Shown here: positions 1 through 9,100 of the stretch, piece after piece | Numbering within the stretch: position 1 is the stretch's first letter | Layout of the letters: every line of letters begins with the position of its first letter | NCBI GenBank assembly: GCA_031551645.1 | Contig: JAVBNI010000087.1 | Coordinates: 13,381-77,380 of the forward strand | DNA length: 64,000 nucleotides | Source: Bacteroidales bacterium | Lineage (GTDB): Bacteria > Bacteroidota > Bacteroidia > Bacteroidales > UBA4181 | Direction of reading: 5' to 3' | The notes under the pieces: model-generated | The model's input: only the letters and a program-made list of their open reading frames with translations | Told to the model about the DNA's origin: nothing | Database searches by the model: none | Made by a program: the position numbers and the translations under genes

Positions 1-554
1 CACCACCATATTACTTTTACGACGCCGGTTCGTCCATCGTCGTATATAACCGGCAGATGTGGTTTGGTCTTGCTGTCGATCATTTGCTCCGTCCCAATAC
101 CTCCCTGTCGCGTTTAAATGCGCGCACGGCTATGAAGTGGTCACAATTCGGCGGTATCAATTTTGGTATGACAAACAGGGTGGGAAAAGTACCTGAAGTC
201 ATTTCGCTGAATTATCTTTTTAAAAAGTCGGCCGATTTTTACCAACTCGATCTGGGCGCTAACTGGTATCATGCGCCTTTGATGCTGGGTTTTGCATGGC
301 GCGGTTTACCCGGATCCAAATATCCGTCATACGACGCTTTAATCTTTACAGCAGGGTTCGCTTTCAATAATATCGCCATTGGTTATAGTTACGATTTTAC
401 CGTATCAAAGTTAGGTCCGGCAACCGGTGGCTCTCATGAAATCACCATTTCTTTCTCCTTCAACGAGGGTAATAAATCGAACCGGAAAGGTTCCATCCCC
501 TGTCCAGATGTCGTTAAATTCAAAATGTTCGGAGACAAAGAAAGTTTCCGGTAA
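1..554 (+). CDS. PorP/SprF-family type IX secretion outer-membrane protein, C-terminal part (5' end outside window)
   Basis: The frame is open from nt 3 to the stop at 552-554. The C-terminal region (...YSYDFTVSKLGPATGGSHEITISFSF...) matches the signature I associate with the PorP/SprF family. Confidence 0.6.
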   Translation, partial: PPYYFYDAGSSIVVYNRQMWFGLAVDHLLRPNTSLSRLNARTAMKWSQFGGINFGMTNRVGKVPEVISLNYLFKKSADFYQLDLGANWYHAPLMLGFAWRGLPGSKYPSYDALIFTAGFAFNNIAIGYSYDFTVSKLGPATGGSHEITISFSFNEGNKSNRKGSIPCPDVVKFKMFGDKESFR

Positions 555-635
555 AAATACTCTTGTCTGAGAAAATCGGATCAAGATCAAAATATCTTCT
601 ATATTTTTTACATTTTGATCAAAAAAGGGACTGCG

Positions 636-864
636 TCATACGAAGTTTGACTTGCACTGTCCGAAGTTCAACTTGCACTGTCCGAAGCTTAACTTGCATT
701 GTTCGAAGTTCAACTTGCACTATCCGAAATTAAACTTGCACTGTCCGAAATTAAACTTGCATTGTCCGAAGCTCAACTTGCACTGTCCGAAGTTCAACTT
801 GCATCGTCCGAAGTTCGACTTGCACCCTTCGAAACTTAGTTTGCATCATCCGAAGCTCAATTAG
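636..864. repeat. Tandem array of ten 21-bp units (consensus ACTTGCACTGTCCGAAGTTCA) plus degenerate flanking partial units
   Basis: Read directly: the units occupy 650-670, 671-691, 692-712, 713-733, 734-754, 755-775, 776-796, 797-817, 818-838 and 839-859. Unit junctions form AAGTT-C-AACTT dyads. Confidence 0.95.
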
Positions 865-1061
865 TTTCGCCTCAATGACGAAATAACTCAAAGGTTTCAG
901 ACCGAACAAGTTTCCAAAATCTATTAGGTCTCATCATGATATTCTATCGTTGACACGACACTACTTTCTACTATGCAGTTACTGCATTTTTAATCTTCAT
1001 CCGGTCAAACATCATCAAAATGGAAGCAATAGTATTCAGGGGCATCTTGATAATCCCTCCA

Positions 1062-1110
1062 ACAAAAAAGAATGAACTACCCCCGCAGCAAGCTATCGGG
1101 GTAGTTCATT
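1062..1110 (-). terminator. Rho-independent terminator closing the long minus-strand gene train
   Basis: A 13-bp perfect stem (1071-1083 pairs with 1098-1110) encloses a 14-nt loop. On the minus strand the stem is followed by CTTTTTTGTT. It lies about 80 nt downstream of the stop at 1189. Confidence 0.8.
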
Positions 1111-1188
1111 TAGTAAAAATTCGTGCTAATTCGCGGATAAAAATTTTGATGCTGTTACCCTGGATCTATCATGTAAAAGTAAATAATC

Positions 1189-2463
1189 TTAGTTTTGCGA
1201 AGCCGGAGATTCATTGATCAGTTTCAATGCTTCTTCCATATATACTTCACCGGTCATTTCACCTAATGAGGTTTGGCTGATATATCTATATCTTTCAAAA
1301 CTATTGAAATCCACTTTTGTAAGTATGTATCCAAAAGCATCGTTGGTTAATCCGAAAAGAAACGGTTGGGTGGTTTTCATGTTCCTTTTCATATAAAACC
1401 CGATGTTGGGAAGCGCTTCTCCCGGGATTGTCAGGATTTGAGCTTTACCAACATTCACAAGGTTTAATCTGGTTGAAATCGATTCAAATGTTTTATCAGC
1501 AGTTTTTTCGCCAATGGGAGAATTTTTTAAGACATAACGCATGATTTCCGAATCAACCGGAAACGATATCATCTTTGAAGTACAATAGAGGTCGGGATTG
1601 TCATTGACCGGAGCATCGGCTATAATTCTCAGCGCTTCGTCGGCAAGCAGATTGCCAATTCTGACACACTCGTCCCAATGATTCGCTTCTTTTCCACCCT
1701 CAAGCCGTACATCAGCAGTTACCATGCCGCCTTGTGCACTATTCATAAACAATGCCATTCCTCCCGCTTTGGATTCTATCCTGTCATATAACGGGCCGCA
1801 AAGATCCGGGCTGATCAGTTTCCGCTTCGTCCCGAGAATTTCGGGGTGTGTGGCATAATTAACCAGGGTGGCGATAACTTTGCCTTTATTCTTTCCCGAA
1901 GCCGATATTGCCTGTATGACCCCACAACGCGGATCATACAACTTGTCAGCATAATAGTTATATGCGATTTTACCTTTGGCTTCGCCCACTGCTGTTTTTA
2001 TTGTGGCCGGTTCCAGTTTCGAAATTGCTTCGTTTACAGCTTCGGCGACCATTTTCGTACACCAGTCCAAATATTCCAAGTCTGCGCCAATTTTCCCATC
2101 TTTATCAGGAAAAGCATATGCATCTGGAGCGCTGTGCGTATGAGTTACACCAATCATGACATTTTGCGGAGGAATGCCCTTGATTAAATTTCTTGACCGG
2201 TCTCCCAGGTATGACGGCCAACCAATATTATCAATTCCGACAATTGCTACTCGTGTACCTCCTTTTTCCAATACAAGAGCCCTAACGAAAAGGTCTCCTT
2301 TTTTGCCTTCAGGAGGGGAAGGAGTTCCCATACCTCCGGAAATCGGGATAAGTTTGGAAGGAGTGATGACACGATATGCCGCACCTGCTTTAAAAGTCTG
2401 GGCATCGAGCCTGGTTATCAACAAGGAGAGAAATAAAATAGCTACAAGTCTTATTGTTTTCAT
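1189..2463 (-). CDS. Neutral/alkaline non-lysosomal ceramidase-like protein (divergent fifth paralog), secreted
   Basis: ATG start with an N-terminal signal peptide (MKTIRLVAILFLSLLITRLDAQ). It carries a GVTHTHSAPD motif and the upstream G...DLFVRALVL pattern typical of the neutral ceramidase N-terminal domain. Confidence 0.65.
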   Translation of the reverse strand: MKTIRLVAILFLSLLITRLDAQTFKAGAAYRVITPSKLIPISGGMGTPSPPEGKKGDLFVRALVLEKGGTRVAIVGIDNIGWPSYLGDRSRNLIKGIPPQNVMIGVTHTHSAPDAYAFPDKDGKIGADLEYLDWCTKMVAEAVNEAISKLEPATIKTAVGEAKGKIAYNYYADKLYDPRCGVIQAISASGKNKGKVIATLVNYATHPEILGTKRKLISPDLCGPLYDRIESKAGGMALFMNSAQGGMVTADVRLEGGKEANHWDECVRIGNLLADEALRIIADAPVNDNPDLYCTSKMISFPVDSEIMRYVLKNSPIGEKTADKTFESISTRLNLVNVGKAQILTIPGEALPNIGFYMKRNMKTTQPFLFGLTNDAFGYILTKVDFNSFERYRYISQTSLGEMTGEVYMEEALKLINESPASQN

Positions 2464-2488
2464 ATACGATGATTTTATGTATAACGTT

Positions 2489-3808
2489 TTAGTCTATATA
2501 AATGGGATTTGTATAAATCCATGGAAGATATTTTCCCCGGATTTTCAAATGCATCTCGAGTCTGTATGCGCCTTTTTGAACCGGTTCCTTCCACTCAAAT
2601 TCATATCTGTCGTCCGAAGAGACGTAAATCACTTTCCCATTATGGATCAATTTGAATTGTCCCGGGAAAGGCGACACGGCATTAAGTGAAGCAACATCGC
2701 TTATCTTCAATGAATCGCCTAAAATTCCGGCAACAGAACCGGCGTTGTTCTTTGCATAATAACAAAATCCTCTGGCATCGCCAAGATCCGTAAAAGCGGT
2801 AAAATGATGTCCCCTTTTTAAATGCCTGGTTATTGATGATAAAGTCAACGAATCGGCAAACAAGAAATTTGATACATACTTGAAATTGCATTCATATGTG
2901 TCGATCATCATTTTAAATATCCAACCATTTTCATCCGGTTCGCTCAACAACCACTTGTTCCAAATGGTTACCTGCTTTATACCAATAGGTTTTGCGTTGG
3001 GGCCGTACCACTTGACACGCCCGTCGGGAAGCATTTTGGCCCTGAGATTTATATTTTCATGCGTATCCACTGCCGAAAAACCGACCACTTTCCGGTGTGT
3101 ATTCAACGAATCCCACCTTGCGAGGATAGATGTCTGTTCATCGAATATTTCCCTCATTACCCATGACCGATACTTATTCTTATTGATCAGCGCATTGACA
3201 ATGAACGGAAAATATGACGGTTCGTCCAAAATATCCGTATGTATGTTATATATCTCCATTCCCTGGTAATACGGACTATCCCAGTTATGAGGCTCTTCCG
3301 TGTGGGCATAAAACATCATTCCGCCTTCCCGGATGATATTTTTTGATACGGTATCAATGTTCCTTCCCCAATCGATAATGGTTTCTTTCATAGGCCAGGC
3401 GTCGAAACCCGCTTTTTCCGATCCGGGTTCGATCAATACGCCATCATACAATCCCTTGTATCCTCTTGGAAAAGTATCCAGATTGCCATGAGGATGATCC
3501 GTTAGAAATATAAAATCGATTTGATTTTTCTTGGCTGCGGGAATGATATCATATAGTGTTCCTTCACAATCATGCGACCAGAAACTGTGCATGTGAAGCA
3601 CTCCCCGGTATATGTTATAACCTACAATATTACCCGGCTCTTTCCGTAGTTTCGCTAATTCTTTGACCTGTTTTTCAAATTTGGGATAAGTGACCACATG
3701 CCGCCAAATTGGACGGGCAAATATGATCAGGAATACAACTACCAAGAGTACTAAAACTGAAAGAATCAAATATTTTAACGCTTTCAATATCTTTTTTAAG
3801 ATGTTCAT
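2489..3808 (-). CDS. PHP-domain metal-dependent phosphoesterase with N-terminal membrane anchor
   Basis: HMHSFWSHDCEG and FLTDHPH motifs indicate PHP-type metal ligands. The N-terminus has a hydrophobic helix (LILSVLVLLVVVFLIIF). Confidence 0.6.
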   Translation of the reverse strand: MNILKKILKALKYLILSVLVLLVVVFLIIFARPIWRHVVTYPKFEKQVKELAKLRKEPGNIVGYNIYRGVLHMHSFWSHDCEGTLYDIIPAAKKNQIDFIFLTDHPHGNLDTFPRGYKGLYDGVLIEPGSEKAGFDAWPMKETIIDWGRNIDTVSKNIIREGGMMFYAHTEEPHNWDSPYYQGMEIYNIHTDILDEPSYFPFIVNALINKNKYRSWVMREIFDEQTSILARWDSLNTHRKVVGFSAVDTHENINLRAKMLPDGRVKWYGPNAKPIGIKQVTIWNKWLLSEPDENGWIFKMMIDTYECNFKYVSNFLFADSLTLSSITRHLKRGHHFTAFTDLGDARGFCYYAKNNAGSVAGILGDSLKISDVASLNAVSPFPGQFKLIHNGKVIYVSSDDRYEFEWKEPVQKGAYRLEMHLKIRGKYLPWIYTNPIYID

Positions 3809-3856
3809 AAAATAAAGATCGATGTGTTATTTTAATTTCGTTTTGAAAAAAATATT

Positions 3857-5242
3857 TTAACGGATGACCATATCGGATATGCGCCGCATCATATCAAAAG
3901 TATAATCCCCCATACTGGGGCCAAACCATCCCATGGCTCTTGATTCATACTGATCCCTGTCAAAGTACCTTCCGGGAACGATATATCCCACATAATTGCC
4001 GTTGAAGCTGGTAACGTTGGCTTTAAATCCTTTAGTCCAAAGATAATTTTTAAGCTGGAGTGCATATTCTCCGGAAAAGTCAGCCGGGGTGGTGACCCAC
4101 ACCATATTATTTAACCGGATAGCCTGAAGAATGGAATGATCGGGAATAGGCGACAACTTATTACTCAACGATGGAATTAAAGACCTCTTTTTCAAAATTC
4201 TGAAACTATATTTCGGCAAGTCGAATTTGAGCGTAACAGTAGAAAATACTACTTTGTCTTCCATCGGTGTTCTTGCTATTTGAGCAAGAACGGTATCGGC
4301 CAACGCTTCGCCAAGCGATTGCGGTCTGGCAAAACCTTCTCCCTGGGTAACAGGACTTTGACTTCCTACAGAACCGGCACAGAATATGGCATAGTCGGCA
4401 AACGATTGTTCCATTTTTCTTTGCCAATAACCGGGATAATCGCCACTAAATTCCATATTATCTGCCCCCATTGTTGTTGAATGGGCTGAAAAAGAACCAA
4501 TCACAGCTTTTTTAGCTCCTATCTGTTCCAATACGATATAGCTGAAATCATCGTTCTTGGTTCCCAGATCGCCGATAACACGATTTCTTGTATAAGATGC
4601 TGCCGGAATATTGTCCGACCCAATGGTTGCAGGCTTCAGGTCCTGGATGGCTTTTTTTACCACAGCAACAATTTGCTGCGTAACCCAGTGCTGGACATTT
4701 TCATTCTCCGGCCCTGAAAATTTTGGCCCGACTATTCCTGTCCCCCAACCACCAATACTGGAATGGCTGTGTGTTGCAGAAAACATCAATTGACCCCTGT
4801 TGATTCCGTCCCGATGCAATATATCAACAACAGGATCAATGATATTAGGGGGCAAAACAAGCATATCGACGCCTACAATAACCATTATCTTATCATCTAA
4901 TTTTAAGGCCGCAGCTTTTGCAAAAATGGAATCATGTATTCCTGTGGCGGGCTTTCCATCCCTGGCTCCATATCCGGCCAAAGGAATTTCTTTGAATTTC
5001 CCTTCCCTGGCATTATCTTCCGGGGAATTAAGTCCCGGGGTGATACTTACTTTTGCAAAACCCGCTTCTAAAGGATAAACTACTGTAACAGCGGTTTCCT
5101 TCAAACTATCCAACCGGAGACAACTTTTTTTATAATAATCGGATTCGTAAAAGGAAGTTCTGTCAATTTTACGGGTAGCCGACAACAGTACGGTAAGAAG
5201 TACTGCAATGATGACGCATACAACGATGATAATTTTTTTCAT
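3857..5242 (-). CDS. Neutral ceramidase-like protein, paralog 1 of tandem array (signal-anchor type)
   Basis: Contains the motifs GIHDSIFAKAAAL and FSATHSHSSIGGWG. It aligns along its length with the ORFs at 6428, 9101 and 10648. ATG start at 5242. Confidence 0.7.
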   Translation of the reverse strand: MKKIIIVVCVIIAVLLTVLLSATRKIDRTSFYESDYYKKSCLRLDSLKETAVTVVYPLEAGFAKVSITPGLNSPEDNAREGKFKEIPLAGYGARDGKPATGIHDSIFAKAAALKLDDKIMVIVGVDMLVLPPNIIDPVVDILHRDGINRGQLMFSATHSHSSIGGWGTGIVGPKFSGPENENVQHWVTQQIVAVVKKAIQDLKPATIGSDNIPAASYTRNRVIGDLGTKNDDFSYIVLEQIGAKKAVIGSFSAHSTTMGADNMEFSGDYPGYWQRKMEQSFADYAIFCAGSVGSQSPVTQGEGFARPQSLGEALADTVLAQIARTPMEDKVVFSTVTLKFDLPKYSFRILKKRSLIPSLSNKLSPIPDHSILQAIRLNNMVWVTTPADFSGEYALQLKNYLWTKGFKANVTSFNGNYVGYIVPGRYFDRDQYESRAMGWFGPSMGDYTFDMMRRISDMVIR

Positions 5243-5279
5243 TTTTCAAATATAATATCATTAAGAGATAATTGATTGA

Positions 5280-5315
5280 TTGTGTAAATCAATATGTTCT
5301 ATAAGATTTACACAA
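5280..5315. other. 11-bp perfect inverted repeat (TTGTGTAAATC / GATTTACACAA) with 14-nt loop, upstream of ceramidase-like gene
   Basis: Read directly. It sits 38-73 nt upstream of the ATG at 5242 and downstream of the esterase stop at 5451. No T-run follows it on either strand. Confidence 0.6.
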
Positions 5316-5450
5316 AATAATTTTACTCCTAAAAATAATACAAAACATATCGCAAAACATACAAGCCGGTTTAAAAATATCGACAGGTAATAATGTGCTA
5401 ATTATAAAAATGTTAACCAACTTGTCTTACGTCTGTTTTAGTGTCGTTTA

Positions 5451-6362
5451 TTATTTCGATTTCAAGTGTTTGTCGAAAAAATCTTCAATCGGCTTCATGT
5501 TCTCTGGTTGCTCAAATTCGGGGCCACCATGCGTTCCTCCTTTGACGGTAATGAACAGGCAATTGGCTCCCGCTTCCCTCAGAGCCTTATCGTACATTAC
5601 GCTCTGTTCATATGGAACAAGCTCATCCTCATCGCCGTGCAGAATAATAATGGGCACCACATCTTTTTTTACATAGCTCATGGGGCTGGCCTTCGTCCAA
5701 GCCTCTTTCGGATTTGGATGATTGGGATCGATCAGACGTCTTCTCGAGGAGGATTTCTGTTCGTTGGTTGCTTCCGAGCTGGCCGAAGCATAGACGGAAA
5801 GATCAACCACTCCGAAAAGATCGCATACCGCTTGAATATCACTTGATTGATCGAGATACTCTCCCACTTCAAATTCCTTCATTCCTGCGGTCGACCCCAT
5901 CAAGGCGACAAGGTGGCCTCCAGCCGAAGCCCCCCAAACTCCAATGTGTTTTTTGTCAATCTTATACTGTTCCGCGTGGGCGCGAAGCCAGCGAACAGCG
6001 GATTTACAATCTTGTAACTGAGCTGGAAAATAGGCTGCATCAAGAAGGCGATAATTGGTAATAACGACGACATAACCTTTAGGAACCAACCAGTTGGACA
6101 GAAAGACATATTCGTCCTTATTCCCTCTCACCCAACCACCTCCATGTACGGCAAAGATCGTCGGGTATGGTTTTTTTGCCTTTTCATAATCTTTGGGAAG
6201 GTAGATATCCAACTGCTGACGATATCCCCCGCCCGTCACGTAAGGAATGTTTTTGAGGACAATGAGATCCGGACTCGGTTCAACTTTTCTCTGTCCCCAA
6301 GCAAATGAGGAAAATAGTCCAAGAAACAAGGACACAACGATCAAATTTTTGTATGAAATCAT
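5451..6362 (-). CDS. Secreted alpha/beta-hydrolase esterase (HGGGW oxyanion motif, GASAGGH nucleophile elbow)
   Basis: Signal peptide MISYKNLIVVSLFLGLFSSFAWGQ, followed by HGGGW, GxSxG (GASAGG) and HGDEDELVP motifs. It is a close paralog of 8113..9003. Confidence 0.75.
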   Translation of the reverse strand: MISYKNLIVVSLFLGLFSSFAWGQRKVEPSPDLIVLKNIPYVTGGGYRQQLDIYLPKDYEKAKKPYPTIFAVHGGGWVRGNKDEYVFLSNWLVPKGYVVVITNYRLLDAAYFPAQLQDCKSAVRWLRAHAEQYKIDKKHIGVWGASAGGHLVALMGSTAGMKEFEVGEYLDQSSDIQAVCDLFGVVDLSVYASASSEATNEQKSSSRRRLIDPNHPNPKEAWTKASPMSYVKKDVVPIIILHGDEDELVPYEQSVMYDKALREAGANCLFITVKGGTHGGPEFEQPENMKPIEDFFDKHLKSK

Positions 6363-6401
6363 AAGTAATTTTGTTACATCATATTAATTTAACGCACATT
6401 A

Positions 6402-6429
6402 TCAATTGTCAATTGTCCATTGTCAATTT
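6402..6429. repeat. 7-bp-periodic tract TCAATTG x4 (one variant) overlapping the stop codon of the gene at 6428..7828
   Basis: Read directly: TCAATTG TCAATTG TCCATTG TCAATTT. Confidence 0.85.
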
Positions 6430-7828
6430 AACGAATAACAATATCCGCCATCTGGCGAATAAGGTCGGCAGAATAATCACCCATATTCGGGCCAAGCCAA
6501 CCCATGTCTTTCGATTCGTACATGTTGAGGAAAAAGTATTTGCTCGGGATAATATATCCGGCATAACTACCGTTAAACCCGGTTACATTCGCATTGAAAC
6601 CTTTCGGAAAAAGATAGTTTTTTGTCTGAAGCGCTATTTCTCCCGAAAAATCTCCGGGCGCAGATATCCAAACCATATTATTTAATCTCATCGCCTGAAG
6701 TACCGGATATTTCGGACCGGGTATCATTTTGTGGCTGAGAGCAGGTACAAGCGACCTCCTGTTCATGAGGCGGATGTTATATTCAGGCAAATTCAATTTC
6801 ATGGTAATGGCCGAAAATATTACACTGTCTTTCATCGGAGTTGTTGAAGCGCATTTCAATACGGTATCGGCCAGGGCTTCTCCATATATTTGGATTCGCT
6901 CGAACCCTTCTCCACCAATGATTACAGGACTTTGACTTCCCACTCCTCCGGCACAGAAAAAAGCATAATCAGCAAAAGTACTTTCCATTTTTCTTGCCCA
7001 GTAACCGGGATATTCGCCGCTTACTTCCATATTCTTCGCACTCATGATGGTGGGATGAGCCGAGTAGGAACCGATAATAGCCTTCTTACCTCCGATTTGT
7101 TCCAGGATAATATAGCTAAAATCGTCATTCTTGGTACCCAATTCGCCTATAACGCGGTTCCTGGTAAATGATGCCGCAGGTACATTACCGGAACCAATCA
7201 ATGCCGGCTTTAAATCCTTTATAGCTGTTCGTACAGATAGAGAAATCTGAGAAGCCAGCCAGCTCACCATGTTTTCATTCGGTTCTCCTGCGGTTTTTGA
7301 ACCCATAAGCCCCATGCCCCATCCGCCTAAGCTGGAGTGGCTATGAGTTGCGGAAAACATCAATTGATCCCTGCTTATTCCCGCTTTACGCAGCATGGAT
7401 ACAACCGTGTCTGCAATATTGTGGGGCATAATCACCAGGTCGGCTCCCAATATAACCATCAGCCGGCCAGCAACTTTAATGGCTGCAGCGCTGACAAAAA
7501 TCGAATCGTGTATTCCGGTTACAAATTTACCTTGCCTTGCGCTATAACCACCTAAAGTAACGTTTTTAAATTTTCCTTCGGCTATATTGTCTTCGGAATG
7601 GTTAAGGCTCGGTGTGATACTTATTTTGGCGAAACCTGCTTCGAGCGATTGATAGACCGAAGCGTTGTTCTTTCGAAGACTATCCAACTGAACGAGACTT
7701 TTTTTATAATAATCGCACTCGTAGTAGGAAGTTCTGTCAATTTTGCTGGTACCCAAAAACAATGCGGTGAGAGCTACAATGAGAAGTACCGCAATGATGA
7801 CGCATAGGGTGATGATAAATTTTTTCAT
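6428..7828 (-). CDS. Neutral ceramidase-like protein, paralog 2 (signal-anchor type)
   Basis: Contains FSATHSHSSLGGWG and GIHDSIFVSAAAI and aligns with the other paralogs. ATG start at 7828. Confidence 0.7.
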   Translation of the reverse strand: MKKFIITLCVIIAVLLIVALTALFLGTSKIDRTSYYECDYYKKSLVQLDSLRKNNASVYQSLEAGFAKISITPSLNHSEDNIAEGKFKNVTLGGYSARQGKFVTGIHDSIFVSAAAIKVAGRLMVILGADLVIMPHNIADTVVSMLRKAGISRDQLMFSATHSHSSLGGWGMGLMGSKTAGEPNENMVSWLASQISLSVRTAIKDLKPALIGSGNVPAASFTRNRVIGELGTKNDDFSYIILEQIGGKKAIIGSYSAHPTIMSAKNMEVSGEYPGYWARKMESTFADYAFFCAGGVGSQSPVIIGGEGFERIQIYGEALADTVLKCASTTPMKDSVIFSAITMKLNLPEYNIRLMNRRSLVPALSHKMIPGPKYPVLQAMRLNNMVWISAPGDFSGEIALQTKNYLFPKGFNANVTGFNGSYAGYIIPSKYFFLNMYESKDMGWLGPNMGDYSADLIRQMADIVIR

Positions 7829-7890
7829 TTTTCAAATACTAAGATATGTTCTAAAAATAACATATAATGTTCTTTAGTTAAATTGGTTTT

Positions 7891-7990
7891 TGTGCCTTCG
7901 GGCCTTAGTGGCCGATTTTCATGCCACGAAGGCTCGAAGACACAAAGCAGGAACTCAAAAACGTAACAATTTGTTTTTAGATCGTTCCTA
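7891..7990. repeat. Intergenic element copy A of about 100 bp: imperfect 22-bp-stem hairpin (7891-7912 / 7923-7944) plus conserved tail
   Basis: Near-identical to 10506-10606. The stem has 3 mismatches in this copy. Confidence 0.85.
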
Positions 7991-8047
7991 AGTTAATTGA
8001 AAAGCAACACCATGAAAATGCATAATTAATTAAAAATATACGTGTTA

Positions 8048-8102
8048 CAATTCTCAATTCTCAATTCTCAATTCTCAATTCTCAATTCTCAATTCTCAAT
8101 TT
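8048..8102. repeat. Perfect heptanucleotide microsatellite (TTCTCAA)7
   Basis: Read directly: seven exact units at 8051-8099 with partial units on each flank. It lies 11 nt from the esterase stop at 8113. Confidence 0.95.
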
Positions 8103-8112
8103 AATACTGCTT

Positions 8113-9003
8113 TTATTTCAAGTATTTTGCAAAAAAAGCTTCAATCGGCTTCAGTACTTGTGGCTGCATATAATCAGGGCCGCCGTGTTTCCCTCCTTTG
8201 ACGGTAATGAACTGACAATCGACACCCGCTTCTTTCAGAGCTTTGTCATAAATCACGCTCTGTTTGTATGGGACAAGTTCATCATCGTCACCATGCACGA
8301 TAATGGTAGGCGCCATATCTTTTTTCACGTAGGTCATGGGACTGGCTTTCATCCAGGCATCTTTCTGATTCGGGTGTTCAGGATCGATCAAACGTTTTCT
8401 CGATGCTCTAAGCGTTTCCGGATTGAGCGAAGCAATGGCGGAGAAGTCGGTCGGCCCGAAAAGATCGCACACCACTTGAATATCGCTCGATTGGTCAAGG
8501 TATTCACCCGTGTCGAATTCCTTCATTCCTGCGGTCGATCCCATCAAAGCGACGAGGTGAGCTCCGGCCGAAGCTCCCCAAGTCCCAATGTGTTTTTTGT
8601 CGATCTTATACTTTTCCGCATTGGCACGAAGCCAGCGAACGGCGGATTTACAATCTTGTAACTGAGCCGGGAAGTAGGCTACGTCGAGAAGACGATAATT
8701 AGTGATTGCGACGATATAACCTTCGGGAACCAGCCAGTTGGCCAGGAAAACGTATTCTTCCTTGCTCCCTTTTGTCCAACTACCCCCGTGTACAACAAGT
8801 ATTGTCGGGTACGGCTTTTCCGCTTTTTCATAACCTTTGGGAAGATAGAGATCTAACTGCTGGCGGTATTCCCCGCCTGTCACATAAGGAACGTTTTTGA
8901 GGACAACGAGATCCGGGTCCGGATCGACCTTCTGCCCCCAAACAAATGAAGAAAATAGTCCAAGAAACAAGGACACAACGATTAATTTTTTGTACGAAAT
9001 CAT
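8113..9003 (-). CDS. Secreted alpha/beta-hydrolase esterase, paralog of 5451..6362
   Basis: Carries the same motifs (HGGSW, GASAGAH, HGDDDELVP). The ORF track begins at a GTG at 9054. The ATG at 9003 gives MISYKKLIVVSLFLGLF..., matching the paralog N-terminus, so I prefer it. Confidence 0.75.
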   Translation of the reverse strand: MISYKKLIVVSLFLGLFSSFVWGQKVDPDPDLVVLKNVPYVTGGEYRQQLDLYLPKGYEKAEKPYPTILVVHGGSWTKGSKEEYVFLANWLVPEGYIVAITNYRLLDVAYFPAQLQDCKSAVRWLRANAEKYKIDKKHIGTWGASAGAHLVALMGSTAGMKEFDTGEYLDQSSDIQVVCDLFGPTDFSAIASLNPETLRASRKRLIDPEHPNQKDAWMKASPMTYVKKDMAPTIIVHGDDDELVPYKQSVIYDKALKEAGVDCQFITVKGGKHGGPDYMQPQVLKPIEAFFAKYLK

Positions 9004-9100
9004 ATTAATAACATTAAAGATTATAGCTTTTACATATTTGATGATAAATGACACCTGCCCGTCCAGTCAGAACAATATCATGTCATTTTTAATTCTCAAT

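Noticed and set aside
652-864. 70-aa ORF encoding (CPKFNLH)n
   Set aside because: It is a translation of the 21-bp tandem repeat. The frame stays open only because 21 is a multiple of 3. The start is TTG, with no signal peptide or recognisable family, so I treat it as noncoding repeat DNA. It is also not a CRISPR array, because the repeats are contiguous with no spacers.
973-991. Small hairpin ATGCAG-TTA-CTGCAT followed by TTTT, as a plus-strand terminator for the PorP/SprF gene
   Set aside because: The stem is only 6 bp, AT-containing, with a 3-nt loop, and it lies 420 nt from the stop codon. That is too weak to call.
1020-1217. 65-aa plus-strand ORF in the convergent gap
   Set aside because: It overlaps the minus-strand terminator hairpin and the 3' end of the gene at 1189..2463. 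The composition is low-complexity with no family resemblance.
8390-8397. An AAACGTTT core inside the esterase gene as a further LacI-type operator
   Set aside because: Only the 8-bp core is palindromic. The flanks do not extend the dyad, the site is intragenic, and it is consistent with a chance occurrence.
9004-9054. N-terminal extensions from non-ATG starts on the ORF track (here GTG 9054; also TTG 10453, 12000, 52802, 63705, 40215 and the far-upstream ATG 32469)
   Set aside because: Downstream ATGs give N-termini that match paralogs or canonical family starts (signal peptides, MTGFGKA, MKYDIVIIGGG), so I did not adopt the longer versions.
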